Below are positions 14,722 to 16,147 of a DNA stretch of 16,147 bases, in pieces (the stretch's first letter is position 1; each line of letters starts with the position of its first letter). The notes under the pieces were generated by a model. That model saw only the letters and a list, made by a program, of their open reading frames with translations. It did no database searches and was not told the origin of the DNA. Source of the DNA: Candidatus Omnitrophota bacterium (GTDB lineage Bacteria > Omnitrophota > Gorgyraeia > Gygaellales > Profunditerraquicolaceae); NCBI GenBank assembly GCA_049517335.1, contig JBEKSD010000027.1:1-16147 (forward strand), given 5' to 3'. Position numbers and translations under genes: made by a program.

Positions 14722-16147
14722 TATTCGCCCCCCGCAGCTAGGGACAGCGCTTCTTCCAGAGAAGTAATCCCCTCTTCCGCTCTTTTTACCGCCATATCAA
14801 AAAATGTCATCATGCCTGTTGAACGGGCAACGTCGCGGATTTTCTGGAACGGCGACCTTAAATTAATCTGTTCCTGAATCTGTTCATTGATTATCATAAC
14901 TTCGGCAACGCACATCCTGCCTTTGTAACCGGTATGGTTACAAACCGAGCAGCCTTTTGCCCTGTAAATCAACTCTGATTTTATTTTAATATTTTTTAAC
15001 TCAGCAGCCACAGGCTCATATGCCTCTTTGCATTCGGAGCAGAGCTTACGGATTAGACGTTGGGCTACGACTAGCAGCAAAGAAGGCGCGAGCATAAAAG
15101 GCTCTATGCCTATATCCATGAGTCGGGTTACCGCTGAAGGCGCGTCATTCGTATGCAAAGTACTTAAAACTAGGTGTCCGGTGAGCGCTGAACGTATGCA
15201 GATCTGGGCGGTCTCCAAATCCCTCACCTCGCCGACGAGCATTATATCCGGATCCTGCCTTAAAAATGAGCGCAAAGCCGCGGCAAAGGTAAGGCCGATC
15301 TCCGGTTTAATCTGCACCTGATTAAGACCATCGAGCTTATATTCAACCGGGTCCTCAATGGTTAAAATATTTTTTGTCGGCCCCTTCATTTCATTAAGCA
15401 TAGCGTAGAGGGTAGTAGTTTTACCGCTTCCCGTAGGCCCTGTCAGGAATACCAAACCGTAAGGCGCGACCATGGCTTTACGCATCTGCTCAAGCTGTTT
15501 TGAGTCAAAACCAAGCTGATTTAAATCAAGAACTACTTTGCTCCTGTCTAAAATCCTCAGGACTATTTTTTCTCCATGGATAGTCGGTATGCTAGAAACA
15601 CGGATATCTATAGGTGCATCCTGCACCTTCACCAGGAATGAGCCATCCTGCGGAAGGCGCTTCTCGGCAATATCAAGTTTAGACAGGATTTTGATACGTG
15701 AAATTATCGGTAAGTGCAGGTGCTTTGCCGGTGGCGGAATTTCATAAAGCTTGCCGTCAATACGATACCTTAAAGAAATCTTATCTTTAAAAGGCTCAAT
15801 ATGTATGTCTGAGGCGCGTTCATCAATTGCCTGCCTGATAATTAAATCCACTAATTTTACTACCGGCGCTTCCTCTGAACGGGCGATAAGCTTGTCTAAA
15901 CTTAATTCCTCCTCTGATTCTGTCGCCACTTCCAATGCCGCCACGTTGCCGCTTTCATAACTTGCTTCAACAGCTTCCTGAAACATCGTTGACTTGCCGT
16001 AAAATTCACTTATTAATTTCGTGATATCGGATTTGGTGGCGATTACAGGGTTTATTTCGCAATTAGTCAGTTTCTTTAAATTATCAATAAGGATAATATC
16101 CATAGGGTCCGACATCGCCACAGTTAGGCTCCTCAATGTGCGCGAGA
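14721..16147 (-). CDS. pilB: Type IV pilus extension ATPase PilB (GspE family), 5' end outside the window
   Basis: ASDIHIEP, EKRLPQDG, Walker A GPTGSGKT, TIEDPVE, LRQDPD..LVGEVRD, STLHTN, CxxC...CxxC; frame open to the window edge. Confidence 0.96.
   Translation of the reverse strand, partial: SRTLRSLTVAMSDPMDIILIDNLKKLTNCEINPVIATKSDITKLISEFYGKSTMFQEAVEASYESGNVAALEVATESEEELSLDKLIARSEEAPVVKLVDLIIRQAIDERASDIHIEPFKDKISLRYRIDGKLYEIPPPAKHLHLPIISRIKILSKLDIAEKRLPQDGSFLVKVQDAPIDIRVSSIPTIHGEKIVLRILDRSKVVLDLNQLGFDSKQLEQMRKAMVAPYGLVFLTGPTGSGKTTTLYAMLNEMKGPTKNILTIEDPVEYKLDGLNQVQIKPEIGLTFAAALRSFLRQDPDIMLVGEVRDLETAQICIRSALTGHLVLSTLHTNDAPSAVTRLMDIGIEPFMLAPSLLLVVAQRLIRKLCSECKEAYEPVAAELKNIKIKSELIYRAKGCSVCNHTGYKGRMCVAEVMIINEQIQEQINLRSPFQKIRDVARSTGMMTFFDMAVKRAEEGITSLEEALSLAAGGE

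Noticed and set aside
1097-15960. Plus-strand ORFs and the alternative-frame minus ORFs 7078-7440 and 8459-8641
   Set aside because: All overlap well-supported minus-strand genes and show no recognisable motifs; treated as shadow ORFs.
1-16147. CRISPR array, IS element or diversity-generating retroelement
   Set aside because: No regularly spaced repeats, transposase, reverse transcriptase or template/variable repeat pair was seen.

Overview
All real genes lie on the minus strand. The window is a type IVa pilus (T4aP) locus interleaved with housekeeping genes. In transcription order: pilB (5' end outside the window), pilC, a probable major pilin with its own promoter and terminator, three minor-pilin-like genes, tRNA-Ala(CGC), rsmE, mtaB, a second pilin that has lost its N-terminal leader and hydrophobic helix, a TMTC-like membrane glycosyltransferase/TPR protein, an atypical pilin-like gene, pilM-pilN-pilO-pilP-like-pilQ, a short TIGR03936-type protein and an RNase G/E gene. 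Gene style suggests a diderm environmental bacterium, possibly Omnitrophota (inference only). Three observations stand out. (1) The headless pilin keeps a near-consensus promoter, a strong Shine-Dalgarno, a TTG start and a downstream terminator-like stem, but the conserved alpha-1 coding segment is absent. (2) A TMTC-like GT-C protein is encoded between very Ser/Thr-rich pilins, a candidate pilin glycosylation system. (3) Several short palindromic REP-like elements occur, nested in one intergenic region and apparently translated inside rsmE and at the ends of two other genes. No searches or folding programs were run.
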